64,000 nucleotides of DNA from Anaerolineales bacterium (GTDB taxonomy: Bacteria > Chloroflexota > Anaerolineae > Anaerolineales > Villigracilaceae). The stretch covers positions 14,649 through 78,648 of the forward strand of contig DAOUML010000134.1 of the NCBI GenBank assembly GCA_034411635.1, written 5' to 3'. The number at the start of each line of letters is the position of its first letter. The first letter of the stretch is position 1. Made by a program: the position numbers and the translations under genes. Below the pieces are notes generated by a model. It had not been told where the DNA came from. It searched no databases and saw only the letters and a program-made list of their open reading frames with translations. Below, in pieces: positions 1-8,644 of the stretch.

Positions 1-258
1 AGCCAATATATTTGTAATGGGATGGCCCATTCGTTCGGTTTTCTGTAGCGTAACCTGCCAGCCGTTGCGCTCGAAGTCCTGTTGGGCGTACACGATGAAT
101 TCGGCGTGCGCGGCGCTGCCGGGCGCGCGCGGGCCGAGGGCGTCTTGAGCCAGGACGTGCTGGTAGGCGCGTTCGCCGTCGAAGGTAGGGGGCGGCGGGG
201 CGGCGGGGGCGCAGGCCGGCAGGAGGGTGATGAAGAGAAGCAGATTAATCCATCGCAT
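1..258 (-). CDS. M28-family peptidase-like secreted protein or lipoprotein; only the N-terminal 86 codons are present (gene runs off the left edge)
   Basis: It is absent from the ORF track because it has no stop in the window. The reverse complement of 1-258 reads MRWINLLLFITLLPACAPAAPPPPTFDGERAYQHVLAQDALGPRAPGSAAHAEFIVYAQQDFERNGWQVTLQKTERMGHPITNILA. This gives a signal peptide with an LPAC cysteine, then an FDGERA..LGPR.PGS.AH..GW..NI(I/L)A pattern I associate with M28 peptidase N-termini. The ATG at 258 lies 11 nt after the stop of the 270-1151 gene. Confidence 0.5.
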   Translation of the reverse strand, partial: MRWINLLLFITLLPACAPAAPPPPTFDGERAYQHVLAQDALGPRAPGSAAHAEFIVYAQQDFERNGWQVTLQKTERMGHPITNILA

Positions 259-269
259 GGGGTTGTCTT

Positions 270-1151
270 TTATCTGGTTTGGCTGTGGCGAATTTTTGCG
301 CGGATTTCTTCTGCTTCTTGTTGAAGTGTTTCGGCGCGTTGTTCGACCCTCTTTGCCATTTTTACGAATTCGTGGGCGATTGAGCCGATTTCGTTGTTCT
401 GGTTGAGCAGGTGTGAAATGGTTTTGGGGTTAAATTGGCGTTGTTGCAGGTCTTGCGCGGCCTGGGTGAGTTGTTCAAATGGCAGGTTGATTTGGGTGTA
501 GATGATGATTGCCACCAACAGGCCTAACACTGCAAAGGTTGGGATGGTTAGAATTCCCAGAATCAGGACGAGTAAACTGAAGGCTTCGGCAAAAAGGGTG
601 AGTGTGTCGAATTCGTCTTGCGTGCTGGTGCGTATCATTTCAAGAGTTGCATAAAGGTTGTCGAAGTCGTTGTTGGCTTTCAGGCCGAGGCTGGCTGTTT
701 CTGTCCAATCTTGTTGGAAGTATTCGAGGGCGTCTTGCTTATCTACTGCTGCGATGATTTCGGCGGCCAGGGTTTGAATGGCTGTATTTTGGCGGGCGAG
801 GGTTTCAAGATTGGCGGGGTCTGTTATTGTTTGCTGTTCTTGCAGGTTTTGGAGCGATTCGTCAATGCGGCGTTCCAGCACACTTAGGCGCTCTGCTGAG
901 ATTGGTGATGAACTTATGGTGTAGTTTTTGAGCATCAGGTGATATTGCCTGAGCATGTGTTCCAGTTGATAAATATGCTGGTTTTCCTGATAGCGGGTTT
1001 GAATCTGGTTATTGAATGAAATCAGTTGTAAGATGCTAAAAAGAAAAACACTGAGCGCCAGCACGCAAAACACAAACATTACGCTGAAGGTTTGCGCGAG
1101 GCGCGCGTATAAATTTTTATTTTTTTTCACTGTGGAGGCTGGGTTTTTCAT
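270..1151 (-). CDS. Membrane sensor-like protein (TM, helical ectodomain, TM, HAMP) with no output domain; paralog A
   Basis: 293 aa. It has two hydrophobic spans (FSVMFVFCVLALSVFLFSILQLI and LLVLILGILTIPTFAVLGLLVAIIIY) flanking a roughly 165-aa Gln/Leu/Glu-rich segment. A HAMP-like NNEIGSIAHEFVKMAKRV follows, then a short coiled tail RAETLQQEAEEIRAKI. The layout matches 1158-2066 and the N-terminal half of the cyclase at 2087-3748. Confidence 0.6.
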   Translation of the reverse strand: MKNPASTVKKNKNLYARLAQTFSVMFVFCVLALSVFLFSILQLISFNNQIQTRYQENQHIYQLEHMLRQYHLMLKNYTISSSPISAERLSVLERRIDESLQNLQEQQTITDPANLETLARQNTAIQTLAAEIIAAVDKQDALEYFQQDWTETASLGLKANNDFDNLYATLEMIRTSTQDEFDTLTLFAEAFSLLVLILGILTIPTFAVLGLLVAIIIYTQINLPFEQLTQAAQDLQQRQFNPKTISHLLNQNNEIGSIAHEFVKMAKRVEQRAETLQQEAEEIRAKIRHSQTR

Positions 1152-1157
1152 GTTTCT

Positions 1158-2066
1158 TTACTCCGCTTTTTTTTCTGGCTGGTGAATTTTCAAACGCCGA
1201 CGCCTCGATTCGTATAGTTGTTGGCGCAAAGTTTCTATTTCTTGTTTGCTATTTTGGTTGCGGATTTGTTCTGCCTCGGCTAATTCCTGGAGGGCATTGG
1301 CCAGGCTTGCAGAGGTTCCTTGCGGCGGGGTTGAGCCGGGGCGGTAAATATCTCCGGCGATGCTGGTGATGGTGTTGCGCAGGGTTCCCAGCGGTTGCAC
1401 GGTGCTTGCAATGATTTGGTAGCCGATGAGCGCGAAAATTAGGGTAAATGTCATGGCAATGACAATAATAAAAATGCTGGCATCGGCATCTTCGGGAAAG
1501 TCGGCCAGGGCGCTTTGGCGGTCTTGTTCAATGCCAATCATAATCTCGCGCATTTGCAGGTTGAGTATTTCCTGATTTTCTTCTAGATCAAGGAGCGCAT
1601 AGAATAATTCTGTGTCGTCTATTTGCTCTGATTCAATTTCCTGAATGATGAATTCAAAAAGTTGCCAATTTTCAGAAAGCATTGCTTCAAAGTCGTTTAC
1701 TTCAGTGGTCAGGTCGCTGATATAGAAATCTTCATCCCCATAGAGGCTTTCATCTTCTTGCAGTTCGTTCAGAGTTTGAAGGATACGTTGCCGGGCTTGT
1801 TGGGCCTGGTGGAAGGCGCCGCTGGATCCCATTCCGTATGCCAGGCTAAAAATCTCCTCGGCCTGGTTTGTTTGCATTTCTGCCAGGCTGAGAGATATTT
1901 CTGATTGCATGATTTGCAGAACATCTGTGCGCTCTATGGCGGCGTCGAAGGGCGTAGATTCCTGGCTGAAAGCGGCAAATAACATCACCAGCGCCATCAG
2001 CGCAATTACCATGCCCAGCCAGCCTAGTGAAAAAAAGGCGCGAATGTATGTGCGGATTGTTTTCAT
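1158..2066 (-). CDS. Membrane sensor-like protein (TM, helical ectodomain, TM, partial HAMP) with no output domain; paralog B
   Basis: 302 aa. TM1 is WLGMVIALMALVMLFAAF, followed by an acidic helical ectodomain and TM2 IFIIVIAMTFTLIFALIGYQII. After that come QPLGTLRNTITSIAGDIY and a coiled tail QEIETLRQQLYESRRR. It sits 6 nt upstream of paralog A and 20 nt downstream of the cyclase. Confidence 0.6.
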   Translation of the reverse strand: MKTIRTYIRAFFSLGWLGMVIALMALVMLFAAFSQESTPFDAAIERTDVLQIMQSEISLSLAEMQTNQAEEIFSLAYGMGSSGAFHQAQQARQRILQTLNELQEDESLYGDEDFYISDLTTEVNDFEAMLSENWQLFEFIIQEIESEQIDDTELFYALLDLEENQEILNLQMREIMIGIEQDRQSALADFPEDADASIFIIVIAMTFTLIFALIGYQIIASTVQPLGTLRNTITSIAGDIYRPGSTPPQGTSASLANALQELAEAEQIRNQNSKQEIETLRQQLYESRRRRLKIHQPEKKAE

Positions 2067-2086
2067 CGTTTCACTCCGTGATGGCT

Positions 2087-3748
2087 TTATTTGGCGTCCA
2101 TGGTGATGGTGCCATCCCAGCGGCTGGGCATGGGCTTGTTGAGATACTCTGAACAGGCAGAAAGATAAAGTTGGACGGCTCTATCGGCGGGGTCGAGTTC
2201 CAGTATTTGATTGAAAATTTTTTCGGCTTCGGCGAATCTGGCTTGCTGGTACAGGTCGATGCCTTGCTCAAAGGTGGGTCGGGTGGTTTCGCGCAGGGTA
2301 ATGATTTCGGGGGTAAGTCCCTGATAGATTTCATAGAGGCCCAGGGCATTGACCCGTCCTTTTACGATCACTTTTCCTAAATAACGCTTTTTGAAATTTG
2401 CTGTTGGCGGTATTTGCGCCAGCACATCTTCGCTAATGATCATTGAAGAGCCGTAGAACTTGTTTAAGCCTTCGAGACGCGCGGTCAGGTTTACGTTATC
2501 TGAAAAGGCATCGCCTTGCATTCGCAGTTCTTCGCCAATCATGCCGACCATCATTGGGCCTGTGTGTATGCCAATGCCAACGGCGATGGGGGGAAATCCG
2601 CGGGCTTTGAGTGTTTCGTTGAAGGCTTGTACGGCCTCGGTTTTATCGATGCCGGCTTTTACGGCGTCCTGAGCCCCATACGGGAAAATTGCCATCATGC
2701 CATCGCCCAAAAATTTGACAATGAACCCCTCATGTTCCTGAATGATTGGGCTAACCAGTTGCAGGTATTCGTTTACGAAGTTGAAATTTTCCTGGGCAGT
2801 CATTTTTTCTGAGAGTGTGGTGAATCCGCGAATATCCGAAAACATGACGGCCATTTCCGCGCTAACATGGTCGCCCAACTGAACTTTGATAATGCTATCT
2901 TTTTCCAGAAATTCAAGGTATTGGGATGGGATGAAGCGTTGCGCGGCACTAAGGAATTGTTCTTTTATACGGTTCGATTCTGTAATCGATTCTGCCATTG
3001 CGTTTACTGCCCTGCTGAGTTCTCCCATTTCATCGGGGCGGGCTGAATCTTCGGCCAGCAAATCGGGCTGATAGGTTTTGTTCTCGAAGGCGACGATTGC
3101 GCTGGTCAGGTTATCAAGCGGCCTGGAGATGTTTATCATTTCGTACACGCTCCAGATCAGCAGCGCGGCTAGCAGCACAAAGACCACCTGGCCGACAATA
3201 ATATTAAAGCCTGTGTTCTCCTGAATTTCTGCGATTTGAGCCTGAAGTATTTCTGCATCACGATTGTAAAATGCGCGGATATCGGAATCCAGTTCGGCAA
3301 TAATTGGGTCTATTTCATTGAGGCTTAAATCTGAAAGGATGCTCCACTCTGGTTCGTCTTTTTGCATTTCTGCGAACAATAACTCTGTTGTTGCGTTGAG
3401 GCGTCTCCATTTTTCGTCAATCATGCTCAGATCTTCCCCTTTCAGGGCCTGAGCGTAAATGAAGTTTTCGATTTGTTGTGCGTATTGCCAGTAATCGCCA
3501 TAATCTTGCGGACGATATTCTTCAGTGATAAACGTATTTTTGATGGCTGATTGCATTTTGAATAAATCGGCGCGCCTATCGGCATTTTGTTTTAATTCAT
3601 TTGAGATTTGTTGTATCTCTGATAACTGTTGCTGGAATGCCGCAGCATTGCTGATAACCAGCATGGCGGTAAACGCCGCAACCAGAGTCAGGCATCCGGT
3701 GAATAAGGCCAGCCTGCCTCGAATGGAGTTTGGAAACATCGTCCGCAT
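2087..3748 (-). CDS. Class III adenylate/guanylate cyclase with a TM / helical-ectodomain / TM / HAMP sensor and a C-terminal TPR-like tail
   Basis: 553 aa. Cyclase motifs are MFSDIRGFTTLSEKM, KFLGDGMMAIF, GIHTGPMMVGMIGEE and DAFSDNVNLTARLE. A HAMP segment (RPLDNLTSAIVAF..DEMGELSRAVNAMAESI) lies upstream, and a TPR-like segment (YQQARFAEAEKIFNQILELDPAD) lies at the C-terminus. Confidence 0.85.
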   Translation of the reverse strand: MRTMFPNSIRGRLALFTGCLTLVAAFTAMLVISNAAAFQQQLSEIQQISNELKQNADRRADLFKMQSAIKNTFITEEYRPQDYGDYWQYAQQIENFIYAQALKGEDLSMIDEKWRRLNATTELLFAEMQKDEPEWSILSDLSLNEIDPIIAELDSDIRAFYNRDAEILQAQIAEIQENTGFNIIVGQVVFVLLAALLIWSVYEMINISRPLDNLTSAIVAFENKTYQPDLLAEDSARPDEMGELSRAVNAMAESITESNRIKEQFLSAAQRFIPSQYLEFLEKDSIIKVQLGDHVSAEMAVMFSDIRGFTTLSEKMTAQENFNFVNEYLQLVSPIIQEHEGFIVKFLGDGMMAIFPYGAQDAVKAGIDKTEAVQAFNETLKARGFPPIAVGIGIHTGPMMVGMIGEELRMQGDAFSDNVNLTARLEGLNKFYGSSMIISEDVLAQIPPTANFKKRYLGKVIVKGRVNALGLYEIYQGLTPEIITLRETTRPTFEQGIDLYQQARFAEAEKIFNQILELDPADRAVQLYLSACSEYLNKPMPSRWDGTITMDAK

Positions 3749-3871
3749 AGATTACATCTCCTGAATCTGACCGAAAATTATTATTCGCTTCATGTTAGCA
3801 TATTTTGACTTCATTATCATTAAAAAATGGTTATGCTAATTAGAGTGAATTTGTTTAATTTTCTAAAAAAA

Positions 3872-3880
3872 TGGTAAAAT
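3872..3880 (+). promoter_or_regulatory. Candidate extended -10 promoter element (TGgTAAAAT) for the MinD-like gene
   Basis: TGGTAAAAT sits in an AT-rich divergent intergenic region, about 60 nt upstream of the ATG at 3942. That ATG has a GAGGAGAGG Shine-Dalgarno sequence. Confidence 0.3.
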
Positions 3881-3941
3881 TGGCTATTCCATACTGTATT
3901 CATTTTTGGATTCGTAAGAATACGCATCGAGGAGAGGCTTC

Positions 3942-4697
3942 ATGTCTAAAATTATTTCCGTGCATTCATTTCGTGGTGGTACAGGAAAATCCAACACCAG
4001 CGCGAATTTGTCTTACCAGAGCGCGTTGCGTGGACTGCGGGTGGGTGTTGTTGATACTGATATTCAATCCCCTGGGATTCATGTTTTATTTGGCCTGGAT
4101 GAGCAGGACATGGGGCGTTCCTTAAACGATTACTTGTGGGGCAAGTGTGATATTGAAGAGACTGCCCATGATGTGACCGAATCACTTGGGCCAGATGTGA
4201 AAGGCAAGTTATTTCTTATTCCATCCAGCATTAAGGCCGGCGAAATTGCCCGCGTTTTGCGCGAAGGGTACGATGTTGGTTTGCTGAACGATGGCTTTCA
4301 TAATCTGATTCAAAAACTCAAATTAGACCTTTTGGTGATTGATACCCACCCCGGTCTGAATGAGGAAACCCTGCTTTCAATCGCAATTTCGGATGCTTTG
4401 TTGCTCATTCTGCGTCCTGATTCGCAAGATTATCAAGGCACAAGCGTAACGGTGGAAGTGGCCCGCAAACTTGGCGTGCCGAAAATGTTTTTAATGGTCA
4501 ATAAAGTGCCTGAAAAATTCGATGTCGCCGATGTCAGGCGGCGGGTTGAGCAGACTTATAACTGCGAAGTTGCGGCAGTTATCCCACATTCCGACGATTT
4601 GATGACCCTGGCCAGTTCAGGCGTTTTCTCGATGAAATATCCTGAACATCCGCTTGCGGACCTTTACCGTGGGCTGGCAGACCGTGTTTTAGCCTGA
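3942..4697 (+). CDS. MinD/ParA-superfamily P-loop ATPase (paralog 1)
   Basis: 251 aa. The deviant Walker A is SFRGGTGKSN, with Arg where MinD/ParA carry the signature Lys. VVDTDIQSPG and a Walker B-like DLLVIDTHPG are also present. It is a clear paralog of 9774-10553 and appears monocistronic, since a terminator follows. Confidence 0.75.
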   Translation: MSKIISVHSFRGGTGKSNTSANLSYQSALRGLRVGVVDTDIQSPGIHVLFGLDEQDMGRSLNDYLWGKCDIEETAHDVTESLGPDVKGKLFLIPSSIKAGEIARVLREGYDVGLLNDGFHNLIQKLKLDLLVIDTHPGLNEETLLSIAISDALLLILRPDSQDYQGTSVTVEVARKLGVPKMFLMVNKVPEKFDVADVRRRVEQTYNCEVAAVIPHSDDLMTLASSGVFSMKYPEHPLADLYRGLADRVLA

Positions 4698-4720
4698 GAT
4701 TGATTTGATCTGATGGTTTT

Positions 4721-4760
4721 AAGCCACCCGTTCCATAGTTTGTAGCGGGAGGCTTTTTAT
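4721..4760 (+). terminator. Rho-independent terminator-like hairpin after the MinD-like gene
   Basis: aagccacccg pairs with cgggaggctt (10-bp stem, one mismatch), followed by tttttatattttt. Confidence 0.5.
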
Positions 4761-4841
4761 ATTTTTCTGGAAAACGAGCAGTTTCGCCCCTTTAGACAAG
4801 AACTGCTCTCTCTGTTCTACGCATCATTTATTGGAAAATTT

Positions 4842-6191
4842 ATGGACTCGCGAATCCCCTTTTTGAACATTAAGCCAGAAGAGCGCGCGCAAGTTCTCTC
4901 GCTCATGCTCATTTTAGCCCTGGCAACCCTTGTCTTGGAATTAACCGACGTGATCGCAACAGGTGGATTTGTTAGCAAAGTCGGCCCGGATAATATTGTT
5001 CTGCTTTGGATAGCAGATATGGTCATCATTATTTTCACGGCCGGCATTTATTCGATGGCCGTAGACCGCATGAATCGCGTGAAATTGCTCAAATGGCTTT
5101 CGCTTGGTTTTGCAATCGTTTTTCTTGGGATGCGATTCTTGTTTTTGGGCAATATCCCTGATTGGGTAACCTATCCTTTGCTATATATTCTCACCGACCA
5201 GTTTTACGCTATCTTTCCTCTGGCTTTTTGGGCGATGGTAAACGATTTTTACACATCCTCTGAAACCAGACGTTTGTTTCCCATTATCATCATGGGCGCT
5301 ACGCTGGGAAGCATCTCTGGCAATGGCCTGGCGGCTTTCTCTGGCTGGTTTTTACAGCGGACGGGCGGCAGCCCGCATTCCTTGTTGATTGTTGGCGCAA
5401 TTTTATTGTTTATTACGCTTTTGCTGCTTCAATTTGGGCTGCCTAAACGCACCGTTAATGTGCGTCAATCACGCGATACCGGCCTGGATGTTGCCCAGAC
5501 GGTTAAAGTTGGCTGGGACTATATCAAAAATGTGCCTATTTTTACCTTCCTTGCGGTTGCGATGGTCCTTTCAGGCTTAGCCTTTACCATCATCGAGTAT
5601 CATTTCATTTTTGCAGTTGACCGGGCCGCCGCTCAAAATCCGCTCCAATTTCAGGCGGTTTATGGCACCTTTAAGATTGTCTTGATTATCAGCATACTTG
5701 GCGCGCAGGCTTTTATTTCAGGGCGTTTGTTGGAAAGAATCGGCCTCAAAAATTCCTTTATCTTTCAGCCGATTGCGCTGGTCTTGGGCGGCCTTATGGC
5801 GGCAGGCGTTCCGGGGTTATTGGGGGCTTCGGCCGCCAAATACCTTACGCGCCTGACCCAACAGGCCTGGGATGAGCCGGCGCGTAAAGCCTTGCAAAAC
5901 CTTGTTCCCGATGAGCGGCGCGGACGCGTTGCTGTAATGATTGACCGCTATTTTTACGATTTTTCGACCATTTTTGGTTCAGTCATTCTTGGCTTGCTGC
6001 TCATTTTGCGCCACTTTTCTATTATTTCTCCGGCGCAAATTATCAATATTTATCTTGGCTTGGCAATTTCGGCATCTCTCGTTGCTGTTATGGCTGCTTT
6101 AAGATTACGCGCTACTTATGAGAAAAGCCTGCTCGATTGGCGGCTTTCTCGTTCGCGCCGAAAAAGTGCTTTGGATGGAATTGAATTTTGA
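4842..6191 (+). CDS. TLC/Npt-like (ATP:ADP antiporter family-like) MFS-type permease
   Basis: 449 aa with about 11-12 hydrophobic spans. FWAMVNDFYTSSETRRLFPIIIMGATLGSISG resembles the FW.fan....eakR.yp...g..lG...g signature of nucleotide-transporter (TLC) family proteins. The substrate cannot be inferred. Confidence 0.55.
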   Translation: MDSRIPFLNIKPEERAQVLSLMLILALATLVLELTDVIATGGFVSKVGPDNIVLLWIADMVIIIFTAGIYSMAVDRMNRVKLLKWLSLGFAIVFLGMRFLFLGNIPDWVTYPLLYILTDQFYAIFPLAFWAMVNDFYTSSETRRLFPIIIMGATLGSISGNGLAAFSGWFLQRTGGSPHSLLIVGAILLFITLLLLQFGLPKRTVNVRQSRDTGLDVAQTVKVGWDYIKNVPIFTFLAVAMVLSGLAFTIIEYHFIFAVDRAAAQNPLQFQAVYGTFKIVLIISILGAQAFISGRLLERIGLKNSFIFQPIALVLGGLMAAGVPGLLGASAAKYLTRLTQQAWDEPARKALQNLVPDERRGRVAVMIDRYFYDFSTIFGSVILGLLLILRHFSIISPAQIINIYLGLAISASLVAVMAALRLRATYEKSLLDWRLSRSRRKSALDGIEF

Positions 6192-6220
6192 CATGTGAGA
6201 ATAAGTGGGTTAAAGACGCT

Positions 6221-6823
6221 ATGGAAAAAGATAAAATATTGAATGAAATTAAGGCGGAATGGTTCGCGCGATTTGACCAAATCCTGAAAGATCGGGCGAT
6301 ACCTGCCACGAATTTGAAGTGTCTTGAAATTTGCGAGGCGCGCTGTTGTCCCAGGGTCGGAATGCGCGCTATGGATCCCCAGGATATCGGCAGTCCAATT
6401 GTGGTGTTATTGCCTTTTGAAATGGAATACATCATTAAGAAGACTGGCGCAAAGCGAGAATCGTTTCGTGTTTGGCCGATCGATCTGGCTCCTGACCTAA
6501 ACCTGGAGATAGGCTGCCTCGACCTCGGCAAACCTTGCCCCTTTTTGCAGTCCGATTTTCGCTGCGGGATTCATCAAAACTTGCCGCTAGATTGTCGCAC
6601 TTTTCCATTATTGCCATCCCTTGATCCTGCTGGAGACTTGGCTTGGGAATTGGGCGAAAACTGTCCATCGCTCTCTTATTTGAATCCGCAATTTTCGGAT
6701 TACATGAAGAAAATCTGGACTGAACTGGCGACTGCCCTGCCCCGCGCCTGGTGGGACCTGTATGCCTTTGCCGACCACTGGACAGGTTATCCCAAACCGG
6801 TGGAGTTACCCGATGGCGATTGA
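6221..6823 (+). CDS. YkgJ-type cysteine-cluster (putative Zn/Fe-chelating) protein
   Basis: It carries CLEICEARCC near the N-terminus and CPFLQSDFRCGIHQNLPLDCRTFP later, the pattern of the CxxCxxCC (UPF0153/YkgJ) family. The ORF track starts it at a TTG at 6188, overlapping the permease stop. I prefer the ATG at 6221, but the start is uncertain. Confidence 0.6.
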   Translation: MEKDKILNEIKAEWFARFDQILKDRAIPATNLKCLEICEARCCPRVGMRAMDPQDIGSPIVVLLPFEMEYIIKKTGAKRESFRVWPIDLAPDLNLEIGCLDLGKPCPFLQSDFRCGIHQNLPLDCRTFPLLPSLDPAGDLAWELGENCPSLSYLNPQFSDYMKKIWTELATALPRAWWDLYAFADHWTGYPKPVELPDGD

Positions 6824-7538
6824 TTTAAGCGGGCCGAGCGGGGCCAGCCTGCATGTTGTCAATGGTACTTCATCAGGGATGCTTCGGTCTGCCTGCGAGG
6901 TTTTCGAGCAGGTTTTTCCAGAAGACCGCCGTTACCTGCCCTATCTGCGTGCCTGTGCTCAGGGCAACCATCCCTCCCATCCTCATACCTACGACCACGT
7001 CTGGCTGGTGGCACTGAACGGCAAGTGGGTGGGGGTGCGTATTTTTAGTTATATCAAAACCCGCTCGTTTGGACACGGTGCCTACATTGGTTTTACCCCC
7101 GAAGCGCGTGGTTTGGGGTTGGGTACCTGGTTGGTGGAGCAAACCCTAAGTCAGTTGGACGAGGATGCTAAGCGGTTTGGCTGCAAACACTCGCTTGGCT
7201 ATCTGGTTGAAGTAGAGCGACCGATTGATGCTGAAACAGAAGTACAGCGCATAGAGGACGAAAAACGGTTACAATTCCATCGGCAATGCGGCGCGATTAT
7301 CCTGCCGGTCCCTTTTGTTGAGCCGGTCATGATCGAAGGAGTCGATTACATTTCCAAAGCGGAATTAAAGGATGAGCATCCCCGTCCGATGCACCTGGCC
7401 TTGATCCCCTCTGCCTATGGCAACACGTTGCCGAATCTGGATTTGGTTGACCTGGTTCACGGCTTATATTACGATGTTTACCGCCTCCCCAGGCAACATA
7501 ATTATGTAAGAAATGCGCTTGAGCATTTGTACAGATAG
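6813..7538 (+). CDS. GNAT-family N-acetyltransferase
   Basis: Motif A is present as EARGLGLGTWLVEQ (R-x-x-G-x-G). The ATG at 6813 (MAIDLSG) overlaps the YkgJ stop. The track start at 6762 would add an unsupported extension that overlaps YkgJ. Confidence 0.65.
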   Translation: MAIDLSGPSGASLHVVNGTSSGMLRSACEVFEQVFPEDRRYLPYLRACAQGNHPSHPHTYDHVWLVALNGKWVGVRIFSYIKTRSFGHGAYIGFTPEARGLGLGTWLVEQTLSQLDEDAKRFGCKHSLGYLVEVERPIDAETEVQRIEDEKRLQFHRQCGAIILPVPFVEPVMIEGVDYISKAELKDEHPRPMHLALIPSAYGNTLPNLDLVDLVHGLYYDVYRLPRQHNYVRNALEHLYR

Positions 7539-7549
7539 GAGATTGACCG

Positions 7550-8638
7550 ATGAGCGAAATAACCCAACCTGTTCCACCCAACGCGGGAGCAAAAACCTTG
7601 TTTATTAGTTTGCGATTTAAGTTGATTGCTGTGTTGGCGTTACTGTTCTTAATTGCTTTTGCCACAATTTTCTACTGGCTGGACGGCTTCGTGACCAACC
7701 TGGCCATGGAAAACCTGCGCCGTGATTTATTGGCGACGGCTGAGGCTGCCGCGGCAGGCATTGATGGCGACGCCCATCAGGCGCTATTCGAGAGCGGCGA
7801 GATTGATGATGAAACTTATACTGCAATTGCCGACTATTTGCGTATTGTCAAGCGCACAAATCCACAGGCTTCGGGTGTATACACTTACTTGCAATTACCT
7901 GAAAAGCCTGATCAAGTACAGCTGGTGGTCAGTGCAGCATTTCCTCCCGGCGTTGAAGTCGACCCTGCGCTAACTGCCGATAAAGCTGGTGAGTGTATTG
8001 TGCCCTCTTATGCGCGTCCTAGATTAGGAGAAGATTATACTTATATTTCTCCCACAATGGTTGCAGGTGTCAGAACTTCTGGTGTAGAGACTGAAATATT
8101 GCCGGATGATTTTGGCGTGTGGTTATCAGGTTATGCGCCTATCTATAATTCAGAAGGTGAGCCTGTTGGCGCAGTAGGTGTTGACATGTGTGCTCTTGAT
8201 GTTGTTCAGTTACAACAAAATATTCGTAACAATACGTCTGTTGCAATGGGTATAACTTTGCTGGTGCTTGTTGTGGTGGTCGGTATGGTGGCCACGGGCG
8301 TAACTCGTCCGGTGATGGAATTAACTCGGCTTGCTGATCTAATTGGCGCGGGAGATTACAAACAGGATTTTTCGCATTTGTATTCTGTGCGTTTGCAAGA
8401 CGAGGTCAATAAGTTGGCTGGGGTCTTTGAGTTGATGGCGGGTAAAGTTTATGCTCGCGAACAAACCCTGCGGGCGCGTGTTGAGCAACTGGAAATCATG
8501 ATTGATGAGAACAAACGCGATAAGCAGGTTAGCGAAATAGTTGATAGCGAGTTCTTTGGTGATTTGCAGAAAAAAGTTCGTGATATGCGGGCGCGCTTCA
8601 AATCACAAGATTCGCAAGATGATTCTTCAGCCTCCTAG
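7550..8638 (+). CDS. Membrane sensor (TM, Cache/PDC-like ectodomain, TM, HAMP) with a conserved C-terminal coiled module and no enzymatic output
   Basis: 362 aa. The ectodomain has FGVWLSGYAPIYNSEGEPVGAVGVDM, typical of Cache-like sensors. TM2 is ITLLVLVVVVGMVATGV, and the HAMP reads RPVMELTRLADLIGAGDY..DEVNKLAGVFELMAGKV. The tail REQTLRARVEQLEIMIDENKRDKQVSEIVDSEFFGDLQKKVRDMR is shared with 19763-20479. Confidence 0.7.
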   Translation: MSEITQPVPPNAGAKTLFISLRFKLIAVLALLFLIAFATIFYWLDGFVTNLAMENLRRDLLATAEAAAAGIDGDAHQALFESGEIDDETYTAIADYLRIVKRTNPQASGVYTYLQLPEKPDQVQLVVSAAFPPGVEVDPALTADKAGECIVPSYARPRLGEDYTYISPTMVAGVRTSGVETEILPDDFGVWLSGYAPIYNSEGEPVGAVGVDMCALDVVQLQQNIRNNTSVAMGITLLVLVVVVGMVATGVTRPVMELTRLADLIGAGDYKQDFSHLYSVRLQDEVNKLAGVFELMAGKVYAREQTLRARVEQLEIMIDENKRDKQVSEIVDSEFFGDLQKKVRDMRARFKSQDSQDDSSAS

Positions 8639-8644
8639 ATTGCC

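Noticed and set aside
82-324. 80-aa plus-strand ORF (Gly/Arg/Ala-rich) at the left edge
   Set aside because: It lies antisense to a much more convincing minus-strand reading frame (the M28-like lipoprotein N-terminus, 1-258). Its composition is typical of a GC-rich shadow frame.
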